Below are positions 1-13,167 of a DNA stretch of 64,000 bases, one piece after another. The position numbers and the translations under genes were made by a program. The notes beneath the pieces are model-generated. The model saw nothing but the letters and a program-made list of their open reading frames with translations, did no database searches and had not been told where the DNA came from. This stretch comes from Octopus sinensis (taxonomy: Eukaryota): NCBI RefSeq assembly GCF_006345805.1, contig NC_043002.1, positions 65,906,001 through 65,970,000 of the forward strand, given 5' to 3'. Position 1 is the stretch's first letter. Every line of letters starts with the position of its first letter.

Positions 1-25
1 AAATACGCTATAGTATATATATATA

Positions 26-77
<52 letters not shown>

Positions 78-380
78 TATATACATACATCATACATACA
101 TACAACATACATACCTATCATACATGCATACATACATACATACATACATACATACATACATACATACATACATACATACTACATACATACATTCATACAT
201 ACAATGTACATGCAGAAATAGAAACAAAGAGCGAGAGACCAGACAGAGAGAGAGAGATCGACATTCATACGCTATACGTGTGTGCGTGTGTCTGTGTGTG
301 TATCTCTGTTGGTGTGTGCGCATTCGTGCGTGCGTGCATGTGTGTGTGTGTGTATGTGTGTGTGTGTGTGTGTATGTACA
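1..380. repeat. Compound microsatellite (TA)n/(CATA)n/(GT)n
   Basis: Directly visible tandem di- and tetranucleotide runs; they explain ORFs 90..464, 124..387 and 278..466. Confidence 0.95.
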
Positions 381-593
381 CGCATAATTTACACACGTCA
401 TCTTTTTTGCCGATTTTTTCTGGATTCTTCCTTTCTGTCTTTTTCTCACAGAAACATTTGACATAGCTCCAATTAAAACTTAGTTATACAGCACATACTC
501 AGTGACAATTATTTCCTCTGGAGTAACTACGGCGTTCCTTACCAAGTACACGTGTTTCTATTCTTCATATGTATAAGAGCGAGTCGTCTGTTA

Positions 594-702
594 CTGGTTA
601 TGGCATACAAGTGGTCAGAATGTTACAGATGCTGACAACTGATACTACAGTTGGTGGGAAACCGATGGTAACAGGCTGACCAGTTACATGGCATAACCAT
701 TA
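594..702 (+). mobile_element. Short inverted-repeat element with a 5'-truncated hammerhead remnant (Penelope-type)
   Basis: Arms TGGTTATGGCATACAAGTGGTCAGAATGTTAC and GTAACAGGCTGACCAGTTACATGGCATAACCA are imperfect reverse complements. Between them lies a CAACTG/CAGTTG hairpin followed by GAAACCGATGGTA. No intact CUGANGA core. Confidence 0.45.
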
Positions 703-784
703 ATTTTCGGTGATATCAAAGTACGTCCAGACTGTTTCTCATACTCAGTTGGCATTTTTAATTATTTATGGACAACTAACTGGT

Positions 785-913
785 AATAATAGGCGCTGGT
801 TCGGGTTTCAGTCCCACTGCGTGGCACCTCGAGTAAATGTCTTCCATTATAACCTCGGACCGAATAAAGCCTCGAGTGATTTTGGAAGACAGAAACTGAA
901 AGAAGCCCGTCGT
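785..913 (+). mobile_element. tRNA-derived SINE family B, 5' half
   Basis: GGTTTCAGTCCCACTGCGTGGCACC...GAAACTGAAAGAAGCCCGTCG matches the 5' half of the full copy at 36408-36797. Confidence 0.8.
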
Positions 914-970
914 ATGTGTGTGTGTGTGTGTGTGTTTGTGTGTGCGTGTGTACACGAGTGTGTGTTTATA

Positions 971-1004
<34 letters not shown>

Positions 1005-1042
1005 TATGTATGTATGCGAGAAGACACATGGTTTAAAGTTTA

Positions 1043-1200
1043 GAGTGTTGCATTGATAATCGTAAGATTCTGGTTTCGATTTCTGAGCAGGGTCATACAT
1101 TGAGCAAAACACTTCGTCTCAAGTCACTCAGCTAAGTCCACTCAGCTGGACTTAGCTCATGTCCACTCTGCTACGAACTGGTATCTGATCTAGAGGGTGA
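1043..1200 (+). mobile_element. Degenerate tRNA-derived SINE family D
   Basis: GTTTAGAGTGTTGCAT...GGTTTCGATTTC...TTGAGCAAAACACTT...CACTCAGCTG resembles the copies at 13213 and 13914. Confidence 0.6.
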
Positions 1201-1263
1201 GGGGAGTATATAGGTCATAGAATCCGAGAAGCCGTCGAATGAGCCTATGGCTTGGGTAGGTCG

Positions 1264-1313
<50 letters not shown>

Positions 1314-1325
1314 ATTATCATTATT

Positions 1326-1369
<44 letters not shown>

Positions 1370-1408
1370 TTATTATTATTATTATTATTATCATTATTAT
1401 TATCATTA

Positions 1409-1440
<32 letters not shown>

Positions 1441-1562
1441 GTATTAGTATTATTATCATTATTTTTATTATTATTATTAGTGAATATTACTTCCGAGTAA
1501 CAGGAAAAAGACATTCAAATTAGATGTACTAAAATGAACATCTCTCAATTTTTAATTCGTAT

Positions 1563-2152
1563 ATATAAAAGTAGCTTTAGAGGCAGAACCACCTTCAACT
1601 CAATCAACACTGAAAGATTTTATACCCGACCACTCCATAAAATGTTAAATGTTAAATCTTATACTAACTATCTATTCTGAATCCCGTATTTTCTGTTTAT
1701 AAGACTACATGTGTTTCATGAAAGTACGTCGGTATTAATTAGATACGAGGTATCTAGTTTCAATACTTAATCGAGTCGACATACTCCCAATCTTCAGGTC
1801 TGGATTCCTCAACATTTTTCACTACCCCTACCTCCATGATACTCTATATCTTCAATATAATGTTAATTAACATATACAAATGAATAGAAATACAAATAAT
1901 AAATAGAAATAATAACTGAATATTAAAAATTTAAGGAGTAAACCCGATTAAGTATTGGGACTAGATACCTCGTATCTAATCAATACCGACGTACTTTCAT
2001 GAAATAAGTGTAGTCTTGTAAACGGAAAATACGGGATTCAGAATACATATAATATAAGATTTAATATTTTACATTTTATGGAGTGGTCGGGTATAAAATC
2101 TTTCAGTCTTGATTGAGTTGAAGGTGGTTCTGTCTCTAAAACTTCTTTATTT
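1563..2152 (-). mobile_element. Penelope-derived inverted-repeat element (about 210-bp arms)
   Basis: 1565-1775 is the reverse complement of 1945-2150 (e.g. TTAGAGGCAGAACCACCTTCAACTCAATCAA versus TTGATTGAGTTGAAGGTGGTTCTGTCTCTAA). The left arm extends into a full HHR; the right arm lacks the core. Confidence 0.75.
1702..1801 (-). ncRNA. Type I hammerhead ribozyme motif, long stem II
   Basis: Minus strand: AGAC CUGAAGA U UGGGAGUAUGUCG...CGACGUACUUUCA U GAAAC ACAU GUA GUCU. Stem I AGAC/GUCU; 13-bp stem II with G-U pairs; cleavage triplet GUA. Confidence 0.75.
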
Positions 2153-2208
2153 ATAAATAAATGTGTATGTATGTATGTATGTATATGTATGTATGTATGC
2201 ATGCATGT

Positions 2209-2241
<33 letters not shown>

Positions 2242-2266
2242 TATATATATATGTATATATATATTA

Positions 2267-2323
<57 letters not shown>

Positions 2324-2533
2324 CTTATTAATATATGCATATGTATATATATACTTTATATAGGGTTCATTTACTTTAAGTATTACTTAAGCTTACCATG
2401 AAACGGTTTTCATGCCGAATTCTACTTGGTGAAATTACTGATTACTTCTTAATTATTAATTTTACCCTTTATTATTTTATATATATATATATTATATATA
2501 ATATATATATATAACTTATATAATATTTATATA

Positions 2534-2647
<114 letters not shown>

Positions 2648-2704
2648 CATGTGTGTGTTTGTGTGTGTGCACGCGCACGCGTATATATGTATGTTTTTAC
2701 TGAA

Positions 2705-2776
2705 TAGGGAAAAAGTCGGTTTCTAATCTAGATCCAGGGCTCCTTCATTGGAATTTCAACATCAACAGTGGATTTT

Positions 2777-2808
<32 letters not shown>

Positions 2809-3150
2809 TGTATGTATGTATGTATGTATGAGAGTGCACCTGATGAAGGCTGGAGAGTACATCAGCTGAAACGGTTGCGTTAACAACATACAAGATGAGG
2901 ACAAATATCCGTCAAATGTAAATAATGTAAATAATGTACTATGTGTGCTTGTTAGTATTTTTCGGGTTTTCACATCAATGACTTCGAATCTCATCAAGCG
3001 TCCAATCAAGCAGTTCAAATATTGCTATGAGTATTAGCACTGCAAACACATTGTGGTCCACTGTTTTATTGAAAGCAGAGAGTTCTGAGGTCCAAATTTT
3101 TTGGCTCGACTGTAATATTTTTTGTGACACGTGGTTTATTCTAGGTACTA
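2705..3150 (-). mobile_element. R4/Dong-type (restriction-like endonuclease) LINE remnant: RT thumb fragment plus 3' tail
   Basis: Minus strand gives KIWTSELSAFNKTVDHNVFAVLILIAIFELLDWTLDEIRS then (frameshift) IDVKTRKILTST, typical of the R4/Dong region after the RT. 2705-2775 matches the 3' tail seen at 39985-40060. Interrupted by (TATG)n and an HHR element. Confidence 0.7.
2835..2938 (+). ncRNA. Hammerhead ribozyme motif plus tail (same family as 51723-52133)
   Basis: GCAC CTGATGA A GGCTG GAGAGTACAT CAGCT GAAAC GGTT GCGT, followed by TAACAACATACAAGATGAGGACAAATATCCGTCAAATGTAAATAATG. Stems I and III carry mismatches. Confidence 0.7.
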
Positions 3151-3157
3151 CTGTAAG

Positions 3158-3188
<31 letters not shown>

Positions 3189-3920
3189 TGTATGTACGTA
3201 CGTATGTATGTATGTATGTATGTCAAACACACGTATACATACACACATAAACGCATTATTCACACACGCAAAAAAATGCAGCCATTACATAGCAGACGAC
3301 AACTCCCAGAGACTAACACCCAAGAGCTGTTACAAATTCACGTCTATTATGTTAGGCGGTGGGTGGTTCAGCCTTAACCTACTGAAACTGACCTTGAACC
3401 CGAATTATTAAATTATTTGTTATTTTAATCTGGTCTGTTTGGGTAGTTCTCACACACACACACACACACACACACACCACACACGCACACACACACACGC
3501 ACGCACATTCACTCACACACGCACGCACGCACGCAAACACACACATACAAAGAGGTTTATGTGAATACGCATGTACACACATAGACACATGCTGTGCTTT
3601 ATTAAAATGATTCATTATGAAGATTGCATATGGTAAGAAAAGGCGTTGTCTTATCTCTATAGAATGTATGTGGCATATATTCTTGTGTTTTGTGTGTGTG
3701 TGTGTGTGTGGTGTGTTTGCTTTGTTTTAGTTTTTCATTTTGCAATTTGGCTTGCAAATGTATTCCTTTTTTTTAAAATCTTCGACAGGAACCGGATCTT
3801 TCACTCAGAGCGCACACACACACACACACACACATATATATACACACACACGTACACACACATATATCTGTGTGGATATACGTACGATATATATATATAT
3901 ACAAATATATATGCACATAT

Positions 3921-4013
<93 letters not shown>

Positions 4014-4641
4014 CATGTCTATGTATTCATGGTGTGTGTGTACTTTGTAACAAGACACAGGTGACACGTACACCACAGAGTACATCGTGATTAGTTTTGG
4101 CGAAGTACTTTTAAACAAAGTGCTCAACGAATGTTCATATTAACCAAGATATATTTGGAGCTACGACAGTAGGCCAAAAAGAAATAATAAATATTTAGTG
4201 AAATAATATTTCACTTAATGTTAAGGGTCATCTTCTGATACATGTCGTAAAATATACACGTTTATCACGAAGAAGAAAGAAAGAGTACTCAATACTTGTT
4301 GTTGAGTACAGCTATTAAATATATTTTATTACTTACCTACGACTCGAAGTTGCTGAGTAAACAATGGCAGCAATGCATGAAGTATTGCTGCTTTGGATGT
4401 GGAAACTCTGAACAGAGGGCATAACTTGTACCAACTGAATATATTCAGTACACACGCACTTATGTACGTATACGTGTTTGTGCGTGTGTGTGTATGTGTG
4501 TGTGTGCATGTGTGTGTGTGTGTGTGCGTGTGTGTGTGTATTATAATTTCCATACTGAAGCATAGTGATACTAATGCCCAGTTAATAGAACGCAATATTC
4601 TTATGCTTTAGTAAAGTGTTAGGTGAGTACAGAGCGTAATA

Positions 4642-5141
4642 TCTCTATATCTATAAACGACAAAATGTCTGTGTGTCTGTGTATCCTTTATACAAATCCA
4701 CAGTTTTTCACGTAAAAGGCTCGCATTTTCTATGGGCTTTCAAAACTGCTTGAGGGTGGTCGTGAAGATCTTTTCATTTCTCCAGTCACCCCAGAAAGCC
4801 ATTAAAAAAATCGATAAACCGACCCCTTATGCCCATAAGTTATTTTACGGCCAAATTCGAATTTTTCGCTTTCTTCTGTCTCCTTTTTTGTCCGACTAAT
4901 GGCATGTGCACAGTCCCGCTAATTTTCCATGATTATGACGTTCCAGTTGTGAAAACCGAAGTCCAATGAATATTAATTACTCTCATAAAAAGCTCCAACT
5001 AGCTCATAAACAACAAAACTGGTCCGGGCTGAAATGTGATAAGAAACTTAGCTCTTGATTTAGTGAGAAATGTTTACTGCAATCTGGCAATGAACAATAA
5101 GCACTAGCACTAGACCCGGCAACGCCGGGATACAGTGCTAG
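4642..5141 (+). mobile_element. Non-autonomous Helitron (500 bp)
   Basis: Starts A|TCTCTATATCTATAAA. Ends with a perfect hairpin CCCGGC-AAC-GCCGGG (5115-5129), 8 nt, then CTAG|T. Inserted between A and T with no TSD, the canonical Helitron termini. Confidence 0.8.
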
Positions 5142-5291
5142 TCAATTGATAAATGGCAAAAATACAGGAGTCACGTAATCAGCTTCATTAGCTTACGGCT
5201 GTCTCTGCCTGGAGAAATATTGCTCCCAGAGATGAGTGCTTGTGCACATCCTGTAGCTCCTGGGGCTAATGAAGGTGATTGCAAACATATA

Positions 5292-5640
5292 TACGAGGTC
5301 TGATCAATAAGTATCCGGACTGTTGCTATATGAAGGAAGCTATGGCACATAGGGTGAAGCCGCTTGGCAAAGATTGACCTTCAACTCTGTTGTGCACGCG
5401 TAAGACCGTGAGCTCAATCGCCGGCGACGCGTTGTGTTCTTGAGCAAGACACTTTATTTCACGCTACACTCCCTCCATCCAAACACTGCTGTAAACAACA
5501 TAAGGGAGCTAAAACGTTAAAACTTAATGCGCATGCACTGCAGAGTTTCACGGTCAATCTGTGCCCAAGCGGCTTTACTCTCCGTGCTTTAGCTTCGTAA
5601 CTATAGCAACAGTCCGGATACTTTTTGATCAGACCACGTG
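5292..5640. mobile_element. Mariner-type MITE with long terminal inverted repeats
   Basis: TACGAGGTCTGATCAATAAGTATCCGGACTGTTGCTATA versus TATAGCAACAGTCCGGATACTTTTTGATCAGACCACGTG; pairing continues inward for about 100 bp. A SINE-D-like fragment sits at about 5405-5465. Confidence 0.8.
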
Positions 5641-5825
5641 TGTGTGTGTGTATACACATATATGTATCATATATTAATACTATGAATTTCAGCATGCTTT
5701 TGATATCACTTTACTCACACACACACATATATATAAGACTTTTCCATTTTCCCGAGCGTCAAACTAATACACCCGCTTGTTCATAGACATGTCTTCGTCT
5801 TTTCTTTTCTATAAATTTCAACTTA

Positions 5826-5862
<37 letters not shown>

Positions 5863-6144
5863 ATATAATTATTATATATATTATATATATATAGCATATA
5901 TATATATGGGTGTGTGTGATTGTGTATAGAAGAATATATTAATAAAAAGAATTCCAACCTTGTCTGATTCACGTTTTATTTACAATCTTATAATGATATA
6001 TTATAAGATAATATATTTAATTGAATAAAATAAAATGAAATAGTAGAATGTTAATATTCATTCTGATTGAACTAGTATAATTAATGATATTCTGCAATCT
6101 TCGGGTTCATGTAGTAGTTTGACAGTCATGCTTCACTATATATT

Positions 6145-6621
<477 letters not shown>

Positions 6622-7171
6622 CAGCCATCGGAAAAACGCAATGAAAAATGACCGTTATACAAAGGGAAATTACTGTGTTATTGACCGCTATTTAGACAAA
6701 AGAGCTATTTGAATGACCGCTAATTAAGGTAAGGGGGTAAAGAGTTCATAGTATTCGCGTAAGCGCGCCTGTTCATACCTACACATGCACGCCCGCACGC
6801 CCACGTGCGTACGCATACATTCATCCACACTCACTAGAAAAACGTACACATCTTCACTCGCATCCTTCGCCAAATGTATATGCATATACATACAAACCCA
6901 CACACACACGCGCACCATAAAAGTTCATACATACGTCTACATACGTACAAGCACAAGAAAAAACAGGGTTATAGGTAACAATACAGAAAAAAGGTATAAG
7001 GAAATATACAAAGAGTAAACCACGTTTATATAAGCTCATACCCTTATTTACGCACACACACACGCCCATATACGCACATACCCGCACACGTCTATATACG
7101 CACACACACACGCACACACAAAAAGGATTATACATACGTATAAAAAAAAATTTTGGAAAATGTGTAAAAAC

Positions 7172-7440
7172 ACTGAGGCTCCGGCAGAGGGTAGTGGCGA
7201 ACCCTGCTGTATTCTTTCACCACAAATTTCTCTCACTCTTTCTTCCTGCTTCTGTTGTACCTGTATTGCAAAGGACCAGCTTTGTCACACTCTGTGTCAC
7301 GGTGAATCTCCCTGAGAACTACGTTAAGTGTACACGTGTCTGTGGAGTGCTCAGCCACTTGCACATAAATTTCACGAGCAGGTTGTTCCGTTGATCATAT
7401 CAACTGGAACCCTCGTCGTCGTCGTAACCGACGGAGTGCC
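7172..7440 (+). mobile_element. SINE family C body (head missing)
   Basis: GGCTCCGGCAG...CTCACTCTTTCTTCCTG...GTACACGTGTCTGTGGAGTGCTCAGCCACTTGCAC is the reverse complement of the copy at 30092-30410. Confidence 0.8.
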
Positions 7441-7941
7441 GCGAGAGTGCGAGCAACGAAAAGGAAAAGAACGACCGAATTTATCTGACAAGCTAATGCA
7501 TCGCCATATTTTAAGTAAGATAAAAGGCAAAGCTGATTGAAGTATATCTTCAATGCTTTAGGGGATATCTCCTTATCTTTATCGACCCACAAACTCTGAC
7601 GATTCTATCCAACTCTTGTGACCCGTTGGGATTCCAATTAAGAACAGAACTCTGTGAATGTTGCTTCATTGTTTACGTTGAGTACTTACTAGTTTGTACA
7701 TGTTGTATGTATGCATGAATGTATTATGTGTGTGTGTGTTAGTGTGTATGTGTGTATACATAAATATATATATATGCATGTATCTATGTATGTAAATATA
7801 TGTGTGTATGAGTATGTGTGTGTATGAGTGTGTAAGTTTATGTGTGTGTGAGTGTGTGTGAATGTGTGTGTATATATATGTGTGTGCATATATATATATA
7901 TGTGTGTGTATGTGTGTATGTATATGTATATGTATATGTAC

Positions 7942-7980
<39 letters not shown>

Positions 7981-9023
7981 TGTGTGTACGTATTTATGTA
8001 TGTAAATATATGTGTGAATATCAGTAAGTTTATGTGTGTGTGAGTGTGTGTGTGAGTATGTGTGCGAATGTGTGAATATATGTGTGTGTGTATACATATG
8101 TATATGTATGTATGTATGTATGTAAATATATGTTTGTCTATGAGTGTATAAGTTTGTGTGTATGTGTGTATGCGTGTGAGTGAGTGAGGGAGTGAGAGAG
8201 TGTGCGCATGCGTGTGATTGAATCTGTGTTTATGTGTGTGTGCAAAGTCTTACAATCGTTCTTAATCTTATTTAAGTTCTCCACCACCGAATTTCGGCAG
8301 CGTGCCAATTCCTTCTTATAATAATGGCTTCTCATAGAAACAGCGTGCGAAATTTGTAGAAGTGGAGTTCAGTTGGTTGAATTTGGCATTATTATATGGA
8401 TAGTATCCATTTCATCGAACCCCGAAGGGACGAAAGATAAAATAGAAACCAACAAGGTTTGAACTCAGAATGCAGAGAATTGAAACTAAATAAGATTACA
8501 TGTTCAGTCAAGCGTACCTCAAATGCTCTACCGTTTATATAATTCTCCTGCTTTGATTTTCTAATAATCACGATAATTATTTCTCTCAAAGATACTGTTC
8601 ATACGTTTATAATAGTATGTAAAATATGTGACATTGTGATAGGCGTTTCTCAAAGACGTTACTCACAGAAGAGAAGTGAAAACCAAAGATTCGAAGATGC
8701 GATGTTCACTCAATGTCGCGATAGGCGAAGAGGTTTAAGTATCTCGAGGCCGCAGGAAATATCACGTGAGATGCAGGAATTTGAACTGGATGCTTGAGTT
8801 GCAGGTGGTAGCACAGTAATGTGCCAGCTCCAGCATTCGATCCTCAAGAGTGGAGAGGTTGCTAAAAAAAAAAAAACTCACTATCTTTAATTCGGTTTTC
8901 GTGTCTATGCTTACCTGTGGTCAGCAATTTTGAGTAATGACCGACAGATTACGATCGCAATTACAAGCGGCTGAAACGAGGCTTCTCTGAAGGATCTCTA
9001 GAGTAAAGTTACTCGAAATGGTA

Positions 9024-9237
9024 TGTTAGCACGCCGGGCGAAATGCGTAGCCGTATTTCGTCTGCCGTTACGTTGTGAGTTCAAAGTCCGCCGAGGTCGA
9101 CTTTGCCTTTCATCCTTTCGGGGTCGATAAATTAAGTACCAGTTACGCACTGGGATCGATGTAATCGACTTAATACCTATGTCTGTCCTTGTTTGTCCCC
9201 TCTATGTTTAGCCCCTTGTGGGTAATAAAGAAATAGG
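9024..9237 (+). mobile_element. tRNA-derived SINE family A
   Basis: GTTAGCACGCCGGGCGAAATGC...GAGTTCAAAGTCCGCCGAGGTCGACTTTGCCTTTCATCCTTTCGGGGTCGATAAATTAAGTACCAG; about 15 related copies or fragments in the window. Confidence 0.9.
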
Positions 9238-9663
9238 TATGTAGCTCGGAGGTGAAGGAGTCTCTTGGGGGTCGAGCTCTTACTTCTCTGCATTGAGAAG
9301 TCGCAGCCCCGGTAATACGGGCAGCTGATTAGAATGTCGCTGGAAAGAATCACAAGACGGTCTGAGACCTAGGAGCAGAGCAAGAATCAAATGGTTGGAT
9401 AATAACTATTGTCTCAGTTGGTCACACTTAGGAATCGAACCGGAAAGTCTAATGACGGCTGCTTCCAGGAATAATAGGCAGAGAAGATGGATGGACGGAC
9501 AGACGGCTGGCTGGCTGGCTAGCTGGTTGGATGGATGGATGGATGGATGGATATATTAACGAAATGGTTATGGGATCATAAACGGTAGTCAGAGGCAGTG
9601 TGAAAGTTTAACTTTCAGTAACAAAAAATATCGAAACACCATATTCCATAAAGACTGACAGAA

Positions 9664-9746
<83 letters not shown>

Positions 9747-9749
9747 GAT

Positions 9750-9811
<62 letters not shown>

Positions 9812-9812
9812 G

Positions 9813-9849
<37 letters not shown>

Positions 9850-9889
9850 GTAGGTAGGTAGGTAGGTAGGTAGGTAGGTAGGTAGCTAT

Positions 9890-10705
9890 GCTTCTTTATT
9901 AGCCACACATGGCTGCACACAGATGGGACAGATTACAAAGTAGAGCTTTTCTTTTGGGGGAGAAAAAAAGTGGGGTAGGTTTTCGATCAAAAGGGATCGT
10001 AAAAGGGAAAAAAAGAACCAAAAAACGATCAATAGGGATCGCGTATCTCAGAAATGTCATGATGTAACGTGTAAAGGGGGAAGCAAATAAGGTTTATCCG
10101 TGGAAAGAAAATCCGTAGGTAACCTCGGTCAATAATGTCACATGTTAACACATTTGTTTGCAAGTAAGTAACCCTCTGTTTTAAATTTTTCCGGGTTCAT
10201 AGGATTATGCTCAATGTGGCTTCGTCATTCATACGTGCCATCCTTGCTACATTCACCCATCTTTTTTTGAAACATTCGCTAGACAAAACTTGCCTCTCAA
10301 CTCTCACTTTCCTTTTCAAGTGATACTTGAAGAAGTTGATGAGAGATTGACCAGAGAGGAAAGTGTTTGTCTCCAATCCTTTCAGACGCGTCCACCAGAT
10401 ACATTCTTTTGGCATAGCCACAAGAATGATGAAAATAGCTCTTCCTTCCCCTTTGAAGGAAGGAGGCGTGACAATATTGACGATAGACTCGGCTGATAAA
10501 CCGACTCGTCCCACACGTGACAGCAGTCATTCGACATAAGCCCACAGGTCGGAAATTGTTGGACACTGCTCGGGTGCGTGCAGAACGGTTTCGTCGCTCT
10601 GACCGCATTTCGAGCAGGTTGGCCCAGTGTTTCTCGAGCTGTGTCTTTAGAGCTTATCTCGAACGGGTAGCGCTTCTCGGTAGCACTGCCAGGCCAGGGA
10701 TCTAT
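9890..10705 (-). mobile_element. Tx1/L1-clade LINE, 3' end (zinc-knuckle region plus 3' UTR)
   Basis: Minus strand encodes CxxC...ETVLHARAVS (zf-RVT-like) and GRVGLSAESIVNIVTPPSF...WWTRLKGLETNTFLSG...; homologous to 46140-46530. A second 3' UTR copy lies at 10813-10945. Confidence 0.8.
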
Positions 10706-10710
10706 GGATG

Positions 10711-10800
<90 letters not shown>

Positions 10801-11055
10801 CAGATAGATAAGTTTCTTTATTGGCCACACAGGGCTGCACACAGATGGGACAAGTTACAAGGTAGAGCTTTTCTTTTGGGGGATGAAAAAAAGGGGGTGG
10901 CGTAGGTTTTCGATCAAGAGGGATCGTAAAAGGGAAGAAAAGAACAAAAAAAATTTTTTTAATTTTTTAAAATAATTTAAAAAAAAGAAAAAAAAGATAG
11001 AATAAAAAATAAAAAGAATAAAAGAAAAAAAAGAGAAAGGGAAAGGAACAAAAGA

Positions 11056-11165
<110 letters not shown>

Positions 11166-11579
11166 GTGGTTTAAGTTCAAGTCGTTCTCCTAAACTCCAC
11201 TTATTGGTTACATAATATCTCTAAATGTTATATTATTTACGATGCATCGGATCATGAAGTGACGAAATACACGCACGCAGTATTTCAGGGACCATATTGG
11301 AAATGTCAGTGTCCTGTCTTGCTAACGGAGATCATTTTCCTTTCAATTAATGAGATTATTTCCTTTATGTTGTGTCTTAAATTTCAGAGATAATCTAAAC
11401 AAGATGGGTTGGAATTAATATATCACCTACAGGCAGACAGACGGACAGAGGCAACAGACAGACAGCAGACAGAAAGATACACACACGCTTCATTCTTCCC
11501 CCCTTTTCTTTCTTTCACCCTCTCACTTCTATTCCAGCCTTTCCACTTCTTTTCTCTCTCTCCCTTAGCCACACAGAGA

Positions 11580-12478
11580 TTCACAATCACAAGTTATGCA
11601 GATGATGCAAAAATCTCACAGGTGATACAGAACCCTGAAGACGCTATACACCTGCAACGTGAGTTGGATGAAATATACAAGTGGACTAAGAATAGCATGC
11701 AGTTTAATGCTGAAAAGTTTCAAGCCCTATGTTATGAGCATGCAAAACTAAATGCAATACCAATTAAATACACTGGACCTGGAGGGATTGCAATCCCAGA
11801 GACACAGTGAGTGCGAGACCTGGGCATTTACATGAGTAATGATGCATCCTTCCATGTGCATGCTACTAAGTTGGCAATGAAATGCAGGCGGCTGACCGGA
11901 TGGATTCTTAGAACTTTTAAAACGGGAGATCAGGAAAGCATGATGGTCCTCTAGGAGACATTTGTCCTAAACCACTTTGACTATTGCTCCTAGCTATGGT
12001 CACCAACCAGTGTAAAACTAATTGCAGAACTTGATGCAATCTAACGAAGCTACACGAAGAGGATAGCATCTATGCAACATATAAGCTACTGGGTAAGACT
12101 TAAGAGATTTAGACTATATTCCTTGGAGCGTAGGCGGGAAAGATGTGCAATAATATACATCTGGAAGATTCTGGAGGGACTTGTTCCAAACTTGGTACTG
12201 AGTGTTACACTAACGCTAGAACAGAGCGCCACTGCATACGTGCCAAAGATTCGAACTTAGCCATCAAAATATAGGACAAGATATTACAATAGCCTAGGCT
12301 TTAAAAAGTTCAAAGCTCTTCAATATCCTTCCGAAAGACCTGAGAGACCTACATGGGGTGGATGTAGATGTCTTCAAAACAAAACTAGATCTCCTGCTAT
12401 CGAAAGTCCCAGATGAATCAAATTCACAGCAAAAAGTGCAAATGAGGTCACACTCCTTCATGCACCAAATGTGACAGA
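11580..12478 (+). mobile_element. CR1-clade LINE, RT C-terminal half (pseudogenised)
   Basis: YADDAKI...LQRELDEIYKW...MQFNAEKFQAL...VRDLGIYM...FDYCS*LWSP...RLYSLERRRER; several in-frame stops. Confidence 0.88.
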
Positions 12479-12517
12479 GACACACACACATACACACAGA
12501 TAGATAGACAGATAGAC

Positions 12518-12576
<59 letters not shown>

Positions 12577-12705
12577 CAGTAATACAGACAGACAGACAGA
12601 TAGATAGATACATAGATAGATAGACAGACAAACATACAAACAGGCAGACAGACAGACAGACAGATAGATAGATAAATAGACAGCCAAACAGACAGACAGA
12701 CAAAC

Positions 12706-12790
<85 letters not shown>

Positions 12791-13167
12791 CCCTATTATA
12801 CATTGGGCGGGCATATTCTAAGCCAATATCAAACCAGGGTTACTTTTTCTTTGTCGTACAATGTAAATAATACACGTTTACGTATCGATACTTCTCTGGG
12901 ATTTGTTTGGCTATAACAAATGTACTAAGTAACCCCCTTTTTGTTTAGACTTACAAAGAAGAACTACCTGTCTGTGTAAAATAATCTGTCTCTTTGCAGT
13001 GAGGTAATTGACATTACGTCTGTTATCTTCAAAATATGTCACGACCGCTGAGGATTAATCCTGAATAAATATGCGCAAAATCTATGCAAATCCCATGCAC
13101 AACTGCATTAGATCTTTTATTAATGTAATAAAGAGATCATTTGAATATGCATATGGTTATTATTGTA

